A stretch of 64,000 nt of DNA from Phoronis australis (lineage: Eukaryota > Animalia > Phoronida): NCBI GenBank assembly GCA_002633005.1, contig NMRA01000244.1, positions 240,346 through 304,345 on the forward strand. The letters run 5' to 3'. Of this stretch, positions 32,701-46,445 are shown piece by piece (position 1 is the first letter of the stretch; the number at the start of each line of letters is the position of its first letter). A program made the translations under genes and the position numbers. The notes below the pieces were generated by a model. It had not been told where the DNA came from, ran no database searches, and worked only from the letters and a program-made list of their open reading frames with translations.

Positions 32701-35700
32701 TATTCAAAGGTAAGAGTTAGGTAAGATATCTGTTGATACAGTGCAGTATTCTAACGTAAGAGTAAGGAAGGATATCTGTTGAACCAGTGTAGCATTCAAA
32801 GGTAAGAGTTAGGTAAGATATCTGTTGTGCAGCATTCAAAACTGCTTAACGCCATTTTTTTCTTTGGTTCATAATGAAGTTTACAGTTTCAGCAATGTTT
32901 AACTTAATAGTATTACATTCCTTTGTATGTTATAAATGAAAAATGGAAAACTTGAGGAAGCACAATATTGAGATGATAACTTAAGTATTAATTGATTTTC
33001 ATGAATAACTAAACAATTTCCTCATTCTGTGTTGTATTCACTGTCATATAGTGCTGGTAACAACCAAGTCGCTTGTTTTCACCACAATTGTTGATTTGAA
33101 TCATTGAAGCCTCCTGACTTTCCTGAGTTTGAGAATGAAGTGAAACAAGCCATAAAAAGACTGGGAGGGAAAGTGTTTCCCAAGCTGAACTGGAGTGCAC
33201 CCAGGGTAAGTATTACTGACGTTGGTCAACAGTCATATTGAATCATGTTATTGCTAACGGTGGTCAACAGTCATATTGAATCATATTATAACTCACGGTG
33301 GTCAACAGTCATATTGCATCATATTATTACTCACGTTGGTCAACAATCATATTGAATCATATTATTGCCCATATTGGTAAAAAATTATGATGTTTTTGTA
33401 CAGGATGCCAGCTGGATGTCGTTTGATGGTACCCTCAAATGTACGTGTCCAAGTGACGTGTATCTGTTGTTAAAGAGCTCAGACTTCGTCACTCATGATT
33501 TACACCAGCCGTAAGTAACACAGAACTACCGAAGCAGTCTCAACCAATGCTAAAGTGTCCTATTCCTCTATGTTAGAGCTGGTACATTTATTTCTATTAT
33601 ACTATAGCAGCTACAAATTTGCCCGCCATCACAAAAATAACTTTTGATTTGGACCACTTGATTTTCTGAAATTGGTCTCAAAATTTTCCTTAATTAAATT
33701 GCAGGTGTTCCGGGGCTCGTTAGAATCAATAAGTCATTATTATTGGAGACCAGGCTGTACATGTTAGCTTGTTATGGCATGTTATTAATGTGTCATACAC
33801 GGTCAGTTCTTGGTGAGACAGAAATCATTTCTCACTGAAAGAAAGAACACTTTAACACGAGTTTTACTGCGGTACGTGGTTTAAATTACAGTTCATTTTT
33901 TGACAGGACGTAGGTTTGTAGCTGCTTCAGGGCTTGGAATTTTCCGCGGAAACGCGGATTTCCGCTTTTTTCAAATGTGCTTTCCGCTTTTTTTATGATA
34001 TTTCCGCGTAAAAAATCGGATTTGATATAAAATTTGCGCGGCAAATTCCTTTCTTACCGCGGCGTTGCAGACGACGTTCACCTCGAAAAGCGGAAGTTGC
34101 TCTTTATGTTTCGGAGGAACGTAAATTGTCAACATTGCCGGGGCGTCTGGGACAGCGTGGTGGGATTTTCAATGGCGTCTCGTGTTATTGTTAAGCGCGG
34201 CGACAAATACTACCGCTCTGCAGCCAAAAATGTGTGGGTTGGGAGTGGACGGGCGAGCTAAAAGGACGCACACGCATGCTACTGATGGTGGTAACGATTT
34301 TTGTCGGGGAAAGGTTCACATTGACCATTTCAAGGCTGGTTATCGGGCATGATTTGGGCCGTAAAAGTTTCAAAGTTTCCGCGTTTTTTGTCATTGGTCA
34401 TTCCAAGTCCTGCTGCTTTAACACTACAATGGTTTTTAAAGAATCAAAAAAATCTCTTTGGGTGAAATTCACAAATTTTAAGACTTGTCTTGGTTAAATC
34501 ATATCAATTTTCTGTCTATTGTACATCCTTGCTGATGAAATAGGCTAATAAGTTTTTATCAGAAACTTTTTGCCATAATCTCCCAGTTTTTTGGATAACT
34601 TCAATAAGATTTTGTTCAAACTTGTGTACCGACCAGTCTGACAGTTCACTTCTAATGTTCTTTCACTCTTTCCCTGTTGTGTCTAGATTCCTGCAGTGTG
34701 AAGACCACCAGGAGGGAGATGAAAAAGAGGTGACCTTTGAACTTGTCCTAAGGAAATGGCACGAGCTTGTTCCAGGGATGGAGTTCCGTTGTTTTGTTCA
34801 TAACTCTAAAGTAATAGGTATGTTTGAAATGCTATAAGAGCCACCAGTTGTTCTTGTGTTTCCTTTCAAAAACTTGTTTGCCTTCCTAAAATTTATAAAA
34901 GGCTTCAAGTCTTTCCTGGTTAGGTTTAGTCCTTGTAAGGGCCAGTGCAGACGGATTGCTATGGACTGAGCTGTCTGCATAAGTGAACTTTACCTGAGCT
35001 GATAGCTCACGTCAAGGTAAAAACAACTGAATGGAATAATGACTAGTTCATTGAATCGTCCATTTTCACACCTTGGCTTGAGCAGTTAATTACCTATGGC
35101 TCACTTGATGCAGACTACTGAGCTCATAATTATTGGTATGTGTTGGCCCTAATCAAGTTTAGCTTATTGTGTCACTGAAAAATGTGAGCACATTAAACCA
35201 ACCAGCTGGGTTAGACAATGGCTACCTTTAGTTAATATTATTTTACCATAGGCTGAAGTAGGAAATAAATGAAAATAGAATTTGGGGACTAATTTATGTT
35301 CAGCTTTTCGCTGCTAATGTTTTTGGTAGCTTTGAGTAACGTTCTTGTGTGAGCTGGTGTATGAAGTGACAAGAAATATGAAATAATTATTTCTTAAAGT
35401 TACTGTAATTTTGTGATTTTCTGTCTCATTGTCTGCCAAGGAGTCCATATAGGTCCCCCCCTCCGGATATTTATGCGTGTTGTTCTCTGTGCAGGTATCA
35501 GTCAGAGGTACCCTACAAACTACTACCCATACCTTGTGAGTGAGAGAGAAGTCATACTAACAGACATTACAACATTCTTCCACCATATTGTACTCAACAG
35601 GTTCCCAGATACACAGTGTGAGTGTCACTACAATACTACTGTAATACGACTTTAAAGTCTAACTTCAACGGAATTTTGTTTAGGTCTATTAGGCAAATCG

Positions 35701-38700
35701 GGTAGTCCTAGCAAAGCCTTTAAGAAATTAAGAAATGTGAGTTTAATCAGGCAAATGTAGACCCGTCATATAATAGGTGCAGTTGCCTTTTCATGCCATG
35801 TTGCGTCATCACGAGATCCCAGCACAAAAAACAAAAGGTTAGAAACGTATTGAATTGGGGTCCCAATACAACACCATTGCGTGCAGGTGTTATTCACAGC
35901 TGTTTGAATTAAAAGGTAATTCTCGTGGTGACGTAGACAAAAGCAAGCCAGTACTCCTAACAGTTCATTACATTTGAAAGTAGGCTCAGAGCTATGCTCT
36001 AAATATACTTTAGGAATCAATTTTACAAAAAGTGTTACCATTCAAGAGAGACTTTAAACATACCTGTGGGGCCTGCTTCACAGTTATGTATGACAGCACT
36101 TGTAAACTCGCCCTCCATCACAAGAAGTACCTTTTGATTGAGACCTCACAATGTTATGAGTTTGGTCTGAAAATTTTCCATAATCAAATCAGAGGTGGTA
36201 TCAGGGTTGTGAAAGAACTTACAGTTTGTTATTGCTTGAGTTGAGGCTCTACAAGTCAGATTATCACCGGGTGTCATTTTATGCACCGAGTCTGGAGGAC
36301 CAAGGAGCTATCATTCCTGTACAAATACAGAAATCACAACTCATTTGATAAAGGAACCGTGCAGATCAGTTTCATATTCATTGGTGATTGACTCAAATTA
36401 AAAGTTTGCTTCTAGGATGGAACGCTGTTTTGTTGCCGCTTCAAAAATATTCGTTAAGTTGGTCGATGGCGACACCTATTGACAAAACTGTATGAGAAGA
36501 TGACTGCTTAATCAGTAGTGGAGGGGTCGCTTACCTGTCAATGACTGGGGCCATTTTTAAGTTAAAACTGTTAAACTTGGCATGTAATAGATAGTAGTAA
36601 GACAACCTTATTCAAAGACATGGTATGATTTCTTAATGAAGTGACCCTTAGTTCAGTAAGCAATAGATAGCAGTCATTGTCATGACGATCATCACCCTGC
36701 GTTCACTTGATTCCCTAGCAATCTCCATGACAACAGCAACAATAATTTGTTGTACTTACCTGCACTTGGATGAATAAGTAAGAATGTTTAGTTTTGCCTG
36801 TACCATTTGAACGTGCTGGTTTATATATAGCACAATATTATATAATTAGTATGAATTTCTCTTGAGTTTCATGGACGAGATATTTTCTTGACTTGAAACA
36901 ACACTTTGCTTTCTTTGTCAAACACACCAATAGCTGGCAATGCCTTTGAGGGATGCTTTCAAAAAACATAAATAATTGCTTACGAAATTTCCCTCCCTGT
37001 CTCCTCTCTGTCCTTCCCTCTATTAGGGTATTTATTGTATTGTATCATATATAGCAAAATATTTAAATATATCACCTCAAGTATTACGTTGTGTATTGCA
37101 AAATTCTTTAAATGTATCACCTCGTCAAGTATCTGTCATTCTTTGCAGTTGTCTTTGATGTTTACAGACGAGATAAGGTATGTAAAGCACAAAACATTGT
37201 AGGGGGGAACTGTTTAGCTCCAGGTGATAGACCAACAATACAAGAACTTCCTGAACATTGTAGGGAGGGAAGTGTTTAGCTCCAGAACATTGCACTTCTA
37301 TCATGCGCACGTTGCAGTAAATAAATCATGACCATTACATTTTTGAACTGTCAGAATCATCAAGCATTTGACAGTGTTTGTGTAAATGAAATAAACGCCA
37401 GACTTCAGAGTCTACTTAAATTGGGGACTCAATATTCAGGCGGTGCTAATGAAGCTAGATTCCTCTTTTTATCTTGTGAATAAATTGAGAGCTGAAAGTA
37501 AATCACTACCACGGGCCTTCATGTAGTACAAGTCACATGTTATAATCTGATGGTAGGCGTTGTTATGGGTAGCATTCTCGCTGCATTAGTGCCGCATGCG
37601 AGTCACATGTTGTTGTCTGATTGCAAGCATTGCTATGATAGGATCCTCACTGCATTAATGTCATATAGTGTCATTGAAGCAAAGTGGACCACGGTGCTTT
37701 TGTCCTGTGCTCAATCATCTATTATAATTCGCTGTGATCTGTTGCAGGGCAAACTATGGGTGTTGGACTTCAACCCTTACGGACCAGTGACGGACAGTTT
37801 ATTGTATTCGTGGGAGGAGCTAAATGATTCAGAATTCTTAGAAACTGCCCGGCAACAAGTGAGTGATTGTACATATCCATGGCACATTCTTGATTGACAG
37901 TGAAGCACTATTTTAGTCTGCCCTGAGCTACATGTCCATGTCTTACATATGCTGTGCTCAGAGTGCTCTGAGCCACATATTCGTGTATTACGTGTGGTGT
38001 GCTCTGACAGCTCTAAGCATAATTATGCTGTGCTCGGACTGCTCTAACACATTTTCCATATGCTGGGCTCAGACTGCTTTGAGTAACCTATTCACTCTCT
38101 GTGTGCACTGCAATCAAATCATTCTGTGCAATATATTCCCATTTTTTGTGTACACTGCAGTCAAACCATTCTGTGCAATATATTCCCAATTAGCTGGCGG
38201 TGTGCTTAAAGTGTCTTGAGCAACGCGCTCCATAACTTTGCTGTACTCAGAGTGCTCTGGAGGCATTGTTACCATGTTGACATTTTGCAAAGTTATCTAA
38301 ACACTCTGGTTTATTATGGAAAATTGAATATGCAGCCATTTGGACTACGTAGCAAACTATCGCTTCATATTTCTTTTGTACTTGTATGTTCAAGTTATTC
38401 TGGTCCAATATGGATGGGTAATACTTTGTATTTATATCGATTGTACAGGGCCCAGAGCTACGCATTGTGATCGAAGACCGAGGCATTTCAATGAACCCTT
38501 ATTTATCTTATGCTGTGCCTAAAGACTTCACAGATCTTGCATGTGGAACCGATCCTGACAAATTGGTAGACTTTTTAAAACTGGTGAGTTAAGATTTGCT
38601 CAATAAACTTTGCACGTCTTCATAAGAGTACTAGGCATTTAAAAGAAACCGAGAGTTTCTAATAAGAAATAATTTTTCTGTCTTCTCTAATGTCTCACAT

Positions 38701-39180
38701 GGCATATATGTTGCCACTAACTGAACTGTGATCAGACTCGTTGACTTCTCACAATGCTTACTTTATCCTGTGAGTAAGGAACAAGCCAAAAGTTAATGAA
38801 ATTGACCTTTGGCAGCTGAAGGCGAGTTTTTAGACACTAAATTTGGTTGTCATGAACCACTACTAACAGATTCTTCTCTTATTTAGCACACAAAGTGGCT
38901 GACAAGGGAAATTATGTTTTGTTTAATTTCTCCATAGAAACCAATGCTAAGAAAAGTTTAGTCTATTTCTAGCATTATTCACATGGTGTGGGTGTCAAAG
39001 CTATTATTTGGTAAAGTTTCCATTATTTCCAGCTTGGTAATCAGTATTTAAATAATAGAAAAATGACACTTTTTGCCCTTGTACTAAATAAGTATAGACA
39101 CATTTCTCCTTTCACTGTTGATACTCTTAACATTTCAGCAAATTCAAGCCGAAGATCAAGAGGACGATGATGGTAACTGA
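27996..39180 (+). CDS. CDC123: Cell division cycle protein 123 homolog (eIF2 assembly ATP-grasp protein), 12 exons
   Basis: Exons: 27996-28069 ([15 protein letters not shown]), 31154-31222 ([14 protein letters not shown]), 31850-31892, 32631-32663, 33110-33205 ([15 protein letters not shown]), 33404-33510 (DASW...[12 protein letters not shown]), 34687-34817 (LVLRKW...MEFRCFV), 35495-35617 (GISQR), 37149-37177 (VFDVYR), 37748-37858 ([18 protein letters not shown]), 38449-38583, 39139-39180 (stop). All GT-AG and in phase. AATAAA near 39580. Confidence 0.95.
28157..28614. mobile_element. Foldback/Mutator-like MITE with about 190-bp near-perfect TIRs in CDC123 intron 1
   Basis: Arms 28157-28347 and 28430-28614 are reverse complements apart from one 6-bp indel; about 80-bp spacer; flanking direct repeat cgagctagc (28148-28156 and 28615-28623). 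Confidence 0.85.
29742..29830. repeat. (CA)n microsatellite
   Basis: Direct observation. Confidence 0.98.
30233..30376. repeat. 28-bp tandem repeat, about 5 copies
   Basis: ctttgtaccaacgcatagtgtgtacacc units. Confidence 0.9.
31020..31142. repeat. 16-bp tandem repeat abutting the CDC123 exon 2 acceptor
   Basis: ataccacttgtaatgt about 8 times. Confidence 0.9.
31434..31791 (-). repeat. 5 x 72-bp tandem array of tRNA-Arg(CCT)-like SINE-head units
   Basis: Units start at 31434, 31506, 31578, 31650 and 31722. Minus strand has A-box-like TG(A/G)CCTAGTGG, anticodon arm GAAGC-CTCCTAA-TCT(T/A)C and B-box GGTTCAATACC. The acceptor stem does not pair, so these are not functional tRNAs. Confidence 0.75.
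32661..32840 (+). repeat. 46-bp tandem repeat that copies the CDC123 exon 4 donor site
   Basis: AA(G/C)|GTAAGAG with GT at 32664, 32710, 32756 and 32802. Confidence 0.8.
33211..33378. repeat. About 38-bp tandem repeat filling most of CDC123 intron 5
   Basis: ggtcaacagtcatattgaatcatattatt units, about 4 copies. Confidence 0.85.
33928..34412. mobile_element. hAT-like non-autonomous element
   Basis: TIR CAGGGCTTGGAAT...ATTCCAAGTCCTG; CTGCTT on both flanks (33922-33927 and 34413-34418); subterminal TTTCCGC repeats. Confidence 0.65.
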
Positions 39181-39926
39181 TCACTTTGTGCTGGCTCCAA
39201 GGTTGGTTCTGTGCTCCCTTATTAAACAGTTCAACAGACAATGTCGTTGTATTGGGAAGCAGCCTGTAACATATGATAGAGGACTGGCACACTTGTTAGT
39301 GTTTGCCTTCACTTGCAGTGGAGTAACTGCCTTGTACACCTGTCCAACATCTACATGTGTTCTGGATTATTGGGTTAGTTCAGGTGTTGTAACGTCACCT
39401 GAGAATCTGTTGCGGTCAAGGCCATTATGTCTGCTGTGTTCGAATTGTACTCTGTGTTCAACTTCATGAGGTTAGTGTGTGCTGGTCGTAGGTGCCTGAC
39501 TTCACCCACTATAAGACTGTGAAGTTGGCCATAGCCATGCGTATGGCATTGTAGAATTGTTTAAAGAATATAAAATGAAAATAAACTTTATTTTAATATC
39601 TTAATATTTGCACGACTCCTGTGGTTGTACAGGATTTCTTCCTGCTACAAAGTTCTCCAATGAATAACAAACATTTTGTCTATTAATATAATTCTCAACA
39701 AATTCTTACCAAAGAGTGACAATGAAAAGATGAACATGGTGTAGACACTGCTGCATAAAAAAAATATTTTTGATAAAAAGAGTATTACTACTGAACTTTA
39801 CTCTAAAACAAATTCAATTAATCTTCATGCAACACACAAAAGCCATGAATCACCAGTTTATGAGAACCTAAACTGATATCAGTGGAAACAGGAATACCTG
39901 CATCATTCACTGGCATGACAATCCAT

Positions 39927-40145
39927 TTTGAGAATGGTGTGTATAACCAATGCCATCTCTGATAATTCAATTTGAGAATGGTGTGTATAACCAATGCCAT
40001 CTCTGATAATTCAATTTGAGAATGGTGTGTATAACCAATGCCATCTCTGATAATTCAATTTGAGAATGGTGTGTATAACCAATGCCGTCTCTTATAATTC
40101 AATTTGAGAATGGTGTGTATAACCAATGCCATCTCTTATAATTCA
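39927..40145. repeat. 44-bp tandem repeat, 5 copies
   Basis: tttgagaatggtgtgtataaccaatgccatctctgataattcaa units. Confidence 0.92.
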
Positions 40146-40785
40146 TAAGAAAACGCACAAGCACCTTTTTGAAATTCTGAAGTCCACTATTTAAGCTGTT
40201 ACATAATAAATATGATAAATATTATGCGTATGTATTCTAGTTTCTAAACATGGGGCTGAAAATGAGTAATATTCTTATGATCACAGTTCACGTGCTACTG
40301 ATTTCTAAGAAACTTTGACACTCGTACAATAACTTCGCTGCAAAGGATATAGCAACACATGTGGTGTAGTGGTAAGGTTTATGATGGAAGTTCTAGCCAT
40401 GACGCTTTAAACTTTCAATTGGTAAACATTGGTCAGTGCCGACAAATAAATCACCAAATTTCACCCAGAATGGCGTATATCATTGTTGTATTCAGTTGCA
40501 TATACTGGTTCTGGCTACCCACTTGAATGAAAAAACATAACTCAGGTGAAGTTTTTCCAGCTTTTGTTACTGGAAACATTGCCATTGTCCACTCAAAAAT
40601 GTAGAAACGAGACTTCTGTTGAACACTTACACTGGCGGGTTGGAAGTACATCGTCACTGCCAACACACACACTTCCACAGCACAGCTGATCCTCAACAAA
40701 CATAAACCCAGTTAACAGCAAAGCTTAACTTGTGCTTCCGCCCATCAGTTCAGGCATGTTGCACCATGCACTCTTGAAGTTAGTT

Positions 40786-43700
40786 TTATGTCACGCACAT
40801 TAGGTGACAAAATCTCTGAAGGTCACGGAAATCTAAAACCGTTTTTTTGTAAGATAGCCTTTTGAAGGTTGGATGACCTTTGACATACTTTTCAATCATA
40901 GGAGGATGTGAGGGGTCAACTTCCAACCATAAAGACCTGCAAAAGTACCTTACACTCAACACATTGTGGCATAAAATGGAATGCATTTAATCTCGTACAA
41001 TTGTCAATCACCACTTTAAGTTACTGGATCATTATGTGTACCATGTGCATAAAGTAGCCAGGTATTACATCAACATACTAATGCAAGTTTCTCTATTGGA
41101 TAACTTTTACCTTACCCTCCAGTTTTCAGAATTTTTGTCGACAGATCAATAATGACCTTGATAAGATCCAGCCCATCACTACCCCCACAGAGGGCTCTGT
41201 GGTCTTCACAGCTGAAATAACACAAGGCGTACGTTGTACATGCCAGGTCAACACACAACACAGAAGTCATTTATTCAAGGCAAAATGAATGCCTTGGTCT
41301 TGCTTATTAAGTAAGTTCACATGATAATTAATACCAGTACGTTCACCAGCATACACTGTGCTTTATACAAGAAACTTGAATGTATATTAGAGAACAACAC
41401 TTACTCCACAATTTCCTTTGCTAATGAGGCCATGTCGTTAGTAGGTATGTAAGGTGGGTTGCTTACAATAACGTCAAACTGCTGTTGGAGACATTCTTCA
41501 GACAACGCATCTAAGATAAAGGGAACTTGAAAGTGAAGCATACATTTATTGCTCATTAAAGTTGTAACAATTAAAACATAGACTGTATTTGACGAATCTT
41601 TAGTAATGTGAACCACAACTTGATATGACGGGAAGCATACCACTACAAAGAATGTAACTGCAGCAAACTGTATACTTAGCTATTGTAATTGACGGCACTC
41701 TAACCAATAGTATTCAAAGAGTAAATATCATGTAAAGAATCCACACTATCAATATAGCTGCCATATAATCCATGTCACTCTGTTTAGCAATATTAACTAG
41801 AGCTACTATCACAATAGGAAGCCATACAAATTGTATATCTGCAGTGGCACCCTGTCCATTAATATCAACAGGAACTATCATAGTGAGAGGCCATACAAGC
41901 TGCCCATCTGTTGTAATTAATGACACACTGTCCAGTAACATCAACAGGAATACCATCATAGTGAGAAGTCATACAAGCTGCACATCTGCTGTTAATTAAT
42001 GGCACTCCGTCCAGTAATATTAACAGAGCTACTGTCTTATAAGATGCCATACATACCATATAGTTACTATAATCAATGGCACCTTGTCTGATAGTTTTAG
42101 CAAAACTACTATCATAGTGCAGTAAAAAGCCATTGATAGTAATTGGTCATTCAGTGTCTCAAGAAAAACAACTAATGAAACTTTTGGAAAATCTTTCATG
42201 CCAGGAACTTTTAACGTGTATACACGTCCATGGGGCAGGGACCCACCTCTGTCACGCTTGGACTTAAGCCTCCCTGTTTTTATAAGGAGGCATTCAGTGG
42301 AGTGAAATGGACATTTCGTAATTTGACCTCAGTAGCCCGATCCACAATAAATTTCTGTACCTGTGTTCCCTAATGTGCAAGTGGCGTTAATTTTCATGAC
42401 CGTTCGTTTACAGAGTACTAAACTAGTGTGTAATATTATTGTAACTTTCATTTCTGAGATTTAGTTGATTTTTGGATTACAGATTTTACAAACAATGTGA
42501 CCTGTATTTTCAAAAGATGTTATGATAAGTCTTAGTCAAATTGTGTGTAAAACTATATACTAACACAAGACTGGCTAAAATGCACCCTGAAATATTCTAA
42601 AGTTTTCAGGAGACATGATTTGGAGTCTAGTTATGAGTTTGAAGACAGATAAGAAAAGGTAATAGCCTGATAAAACGTGGCTGCATTTTGTAAACCAGTG
42701 TTCTCAACTGAGTAACCGCATCAACTGGTTCTCAAAACGCAGGCACATTATATCAGACTATTATTGCCAGGGAACAAGTCAGAATTTCACCGATAACCTA
42801 CAAAGATCTGTGGTACTGTTATTCAAGTTGATGCATATGGCCCTAAAGATAACTTGGAGGTCACTTTACTCATATAAATTCTCTCACTCCAGTAGGGTTT
42901 TGACTTACGTGAGTCATGCTGCACTGTTGCATTATGAAATCAACAATAAATGATAATAATTACCAGAAAACAATGACCTAAGTGCACCAGCACTGACCCC
43001 AACAGCCAACGTGGTCAACCAGTATTTACCTGAGGTCAGGTTGAGGTGACGCGCTTGGACGCGGTTATCAAGACAGTGACTGACTGCATTTTCCACAGTC
43101 AGATTGACAGCCTCTTCAGACTGGTCAATTGCAGTGACTGTGGCCTGCAACGAGCAAAATACAGCATACAGTCAATGTACAAGTAATGGAGGAATGTGCA
43201 TGCTTGCTCGTTAATATAATTATGGATCTTTGAATTATATTGAATGGTATATATTCAGTAATTAAACTTCAATGTACTGACCATAAACCAAACCTTGCGA
43301 AATTAGTTCCTTTAAAGCATGACAAAAATTCCCAAATTCTTGACAGACACGGAACTTGTGATTGACATAAAAGTTCTATGTAGCATTATATAATACACAC
43401 CATGATTACTATTACTCTCATCAACTTGTATAGCAGGTAAGTTCATAATTACAATAAGTCCTAACCCTCATCATGGTGAAAAAGAAAACATCATTTATTT
43501 TCCGCCCATCTTTACAAAAATTTTGGTCCTCGTTCAAATATGAATTTAAAATCTTCAACACTACCTGAGGCATAAGACTGAGTAATGAAAGACAGATTGC
43601 GCCACTGCCACAGCCGACTTCCAGAATGTGCGGCCTTGTGATGCCCTTGGATACCATATCACTATGGACGTGAGTGACAAGCTCCTGAAAACAACCACAT

Positions 43701-45742
43701 TTAGTTACTGTAGCAGATTATAGTCAGAGAGCATTTAGCTAATCAAACCACCAGGTGGCAGGGCATAATATATCCACTGGCGACAAGCTCCAGCAGATTT
43801 TCATCAGAAGGTGGAGCATTTAAATGACAAAAACGGCAGCACAATTTGTACATTGGAGCATTACGAGTACACAAAAACAACAAGAAATTAAAGTGACTGC
43901 CTTAGTCTTGTTTTCAAAGAAAAACAAAAAGAACATGCAGAGTATTACAATTTGATGACATTACAACAACAGAAGGACTAGACTTGCAACTCAATCTCTC
44001 ACCTCAGTTTCTGGTCTAGGTATGAAAACAGGAGGTTTCACAACTAATGTCAAATCTCTGAAGTCCCATTCTCCAATGACATACTGTACAGGGATCCTGA
44101 AATAAACAATGAAAAATGATGTCCATGTTCTACCTACAGTGTTTTTTTAGTAATTTCAAATAAAATACTGAATTTCTATTGCCATTTTTCTACTTTTCCT
44201 AGGCTGACTGAAGTGCTTCAAACAACAAAAATTACCAAGTAAACAAGGGTTGTTTGATAGCAGCTGTACAGTAGAATTCAATCACTGAAGTGTATAATTT
44301 TGTTGTTACATATGAAAAAACAAAAGTTGTCGAGACCTTTGACAAATGAAAGTTTTCTCAAAATAAAATTTCCCCCAAGTTTGCCGCACACTGTGTGAAG
44401 TCACTATATTACCTCTTTAGTCGTTTCTCACACATAAGGTCCACAGTGCTCCTTTGGTCTGCTGTTAACATCTGACTTTGATCAAGTGTAGTCACCTGCA
44501 AAACAGTCACAAAAACCATGTGAAACCAAAGATTATAGACAACTGATTCGCAACTCCGACATTTTCTTGCATAGTATCCTAGAGGAGGCGCAACTCTCCT
44601 AAATTACCAATTTCAGTTTCCGGTTAGTGTATTGTAGCGGGAAGTTCTTGCATCTATTTTACTGTCCAGTAAAACGAAAAAAAAAATAGTTTCGGTATTC
44701 AGTCTTCCAATAGTAGGAGTGTTGGTATCGTGAGTACTTTTAGCACCCAACCACACAACAGACCATGATTAGCAGACGATGCACTTGCCAGAAGTAAAAC
44801 TTGCTAACTTTGCCAGGTGTCGCTAGTGAATAATGACGTCAGGGTTTCTGATTCCGTCTATTGAAAATAGACGGAATTGGCAGTCCATGTACTATAGTCT
44901 ATGATGAAACATAGTGAATATTACATCACTCTACCTCTAATATCTGTTTGTTATCTGAACTGGATAATGTAGTGCTTACACAGCTTCCTAAAATTGTGTT
45001 GAGGTTGTGATGTACTAACATCTTGTCTAAAATCTATTGGTATGTTTACACCGGCCTTTAGCCTATTTACATTGGCACAACATTTCGGGCGGTCATTCCG
45101 ATCGTCTTCAGGTGTTACAGCACTCTTAGAAGAATGACCACGGGTGTGTGGTGCACTCATGGGTGTATTGTACATTCACGGGTGTATTGTACACTCATGG
45201 TCGCCCTTGGGTTTGAGCTTGGGACATTTCATTTGTCAGTCCAGCATTCTCACCATTTAGCCACTAGGTCATCCATTAACACAATTTAGTCATGTGTTGA
45301 AAAATTGCTTTTCACCTTTCTGGTTCACCAAATTTATCTCGAGTCAGTTTTCATTGGCATTTCCAGTCAACTCTGAATGTGTCAAACTCACCATTAAATA
45401 GCTAACACAGTCCCATTAATATATTGTCTCTTCACAAAATCTATCCCTCTGATTGTCTTCAAGACTTTGCCGGAATGTCAAAAAAGCATATGAACAATCT
45501 TTACAATATTTTGTAGTAATTTTTTAACAACAGCCAATGTGCTCAGAACTCACCGTCTTCTGTCCTAGTACATGTGCTATAATATAACCAGCAGATTCCC
45601 GGGGCTCGGACAAACAGTTCTCTTCAAACACAGTTTGCCATTTCCTCAGCACATTCCCAACACAATTTACATCCTTGAGTTGAGGGTAGGCAACAACACG
45701 ACAGTAAGCTCGATGACACAGTCTGGCAATATGGCTAGCCAT
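40786..45742 (-). CDS. HEMK1: HemK/PrmC-family release-factor glutamine methyltransferase (mitochondrial type), 8 coding exons
   Basis: Exons: 45554-45742, 44413-44495, 44003-44096 ([11 protein letters not shown]...VFIPRPETE), 43565-43684 ([10 protein letters not shown]), 43030-43144, 41405-41510 (VSNPPY), 41116-41211 ([13 protein letters not shown]), 40786-40936 (LWLEVD...RFC, stop). GT-AG and phase-consistent. Confidence 0.95.
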
Positions 45743-46445
45743 GTACCACACAGACGATCACCACCACTATCAGAGGTGTAGTCCCAATGTCTTTACTAGT
45801 TGCATGTAGGTTGCTTACCTGCAGATATATGACTGAGTTGGCATATTATAAAAAGTATCAAGTCACATTTTGATCAATACCTCAAAGGAAACTAAATTAA
45901 AAATTTACATTTTAAGCAGCCTATAGTGACTTCACGTGATAGAAATGTTCTAGTCTAAAAAGAAATGGTTGATTTGGCTACGGCACTGAATTTCACATAC
46001 AATGAAACTTTAAAACCATCGATTCTCTGCAGGTTGTGATCGCGTTTGAATGGACGTTTGTTTTAGAGATTTGCATGATTTGCTGAATTATTCCTTTGCG
46101 CTGGCCTGTTGCCTCGAGAAGAATCAAAAGTGTTATGCTAATCATGTAGACAATACAGCGTTCTCTTGTTCAGTAACTTTTCCAGACGTGAAGGGTGCTG
46201 AACGTGCGATAACCATTACAGGGTTCTGTCGTTCAGTAACTTTTCCAAACATGAGGGGTGCTGAACGTGCGATAACATCTGGCTCTTTTGTTAACTGCCC
46301 AGCTCAGTCTTTTGTCCCAAGCAGGCCAATTATCTCCCAGGCTTCAAAAAAAATGTATGGTGATTGCACGCTATTACCGAACGCATATTCAGAACACAGT
46401 CAAACCCAGTGCGTTGGTAATCCGTTTGGACAGAATAGATTGTCT

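Noticed and set aside
30233-40145. Tandem arrays as CRISPR-like repeats
   Set aside because: Contiguous units with no unique spacers, no cas genes, eukaryotic intron context.
45080-45125. Hammerhead-ribozyme-like CTGAAGA...CGAAA on the minus strand (Penelope-type)
   Set aside because: Stems II and III and the cleavage triplet are degenerate; at most a decayed remnant.
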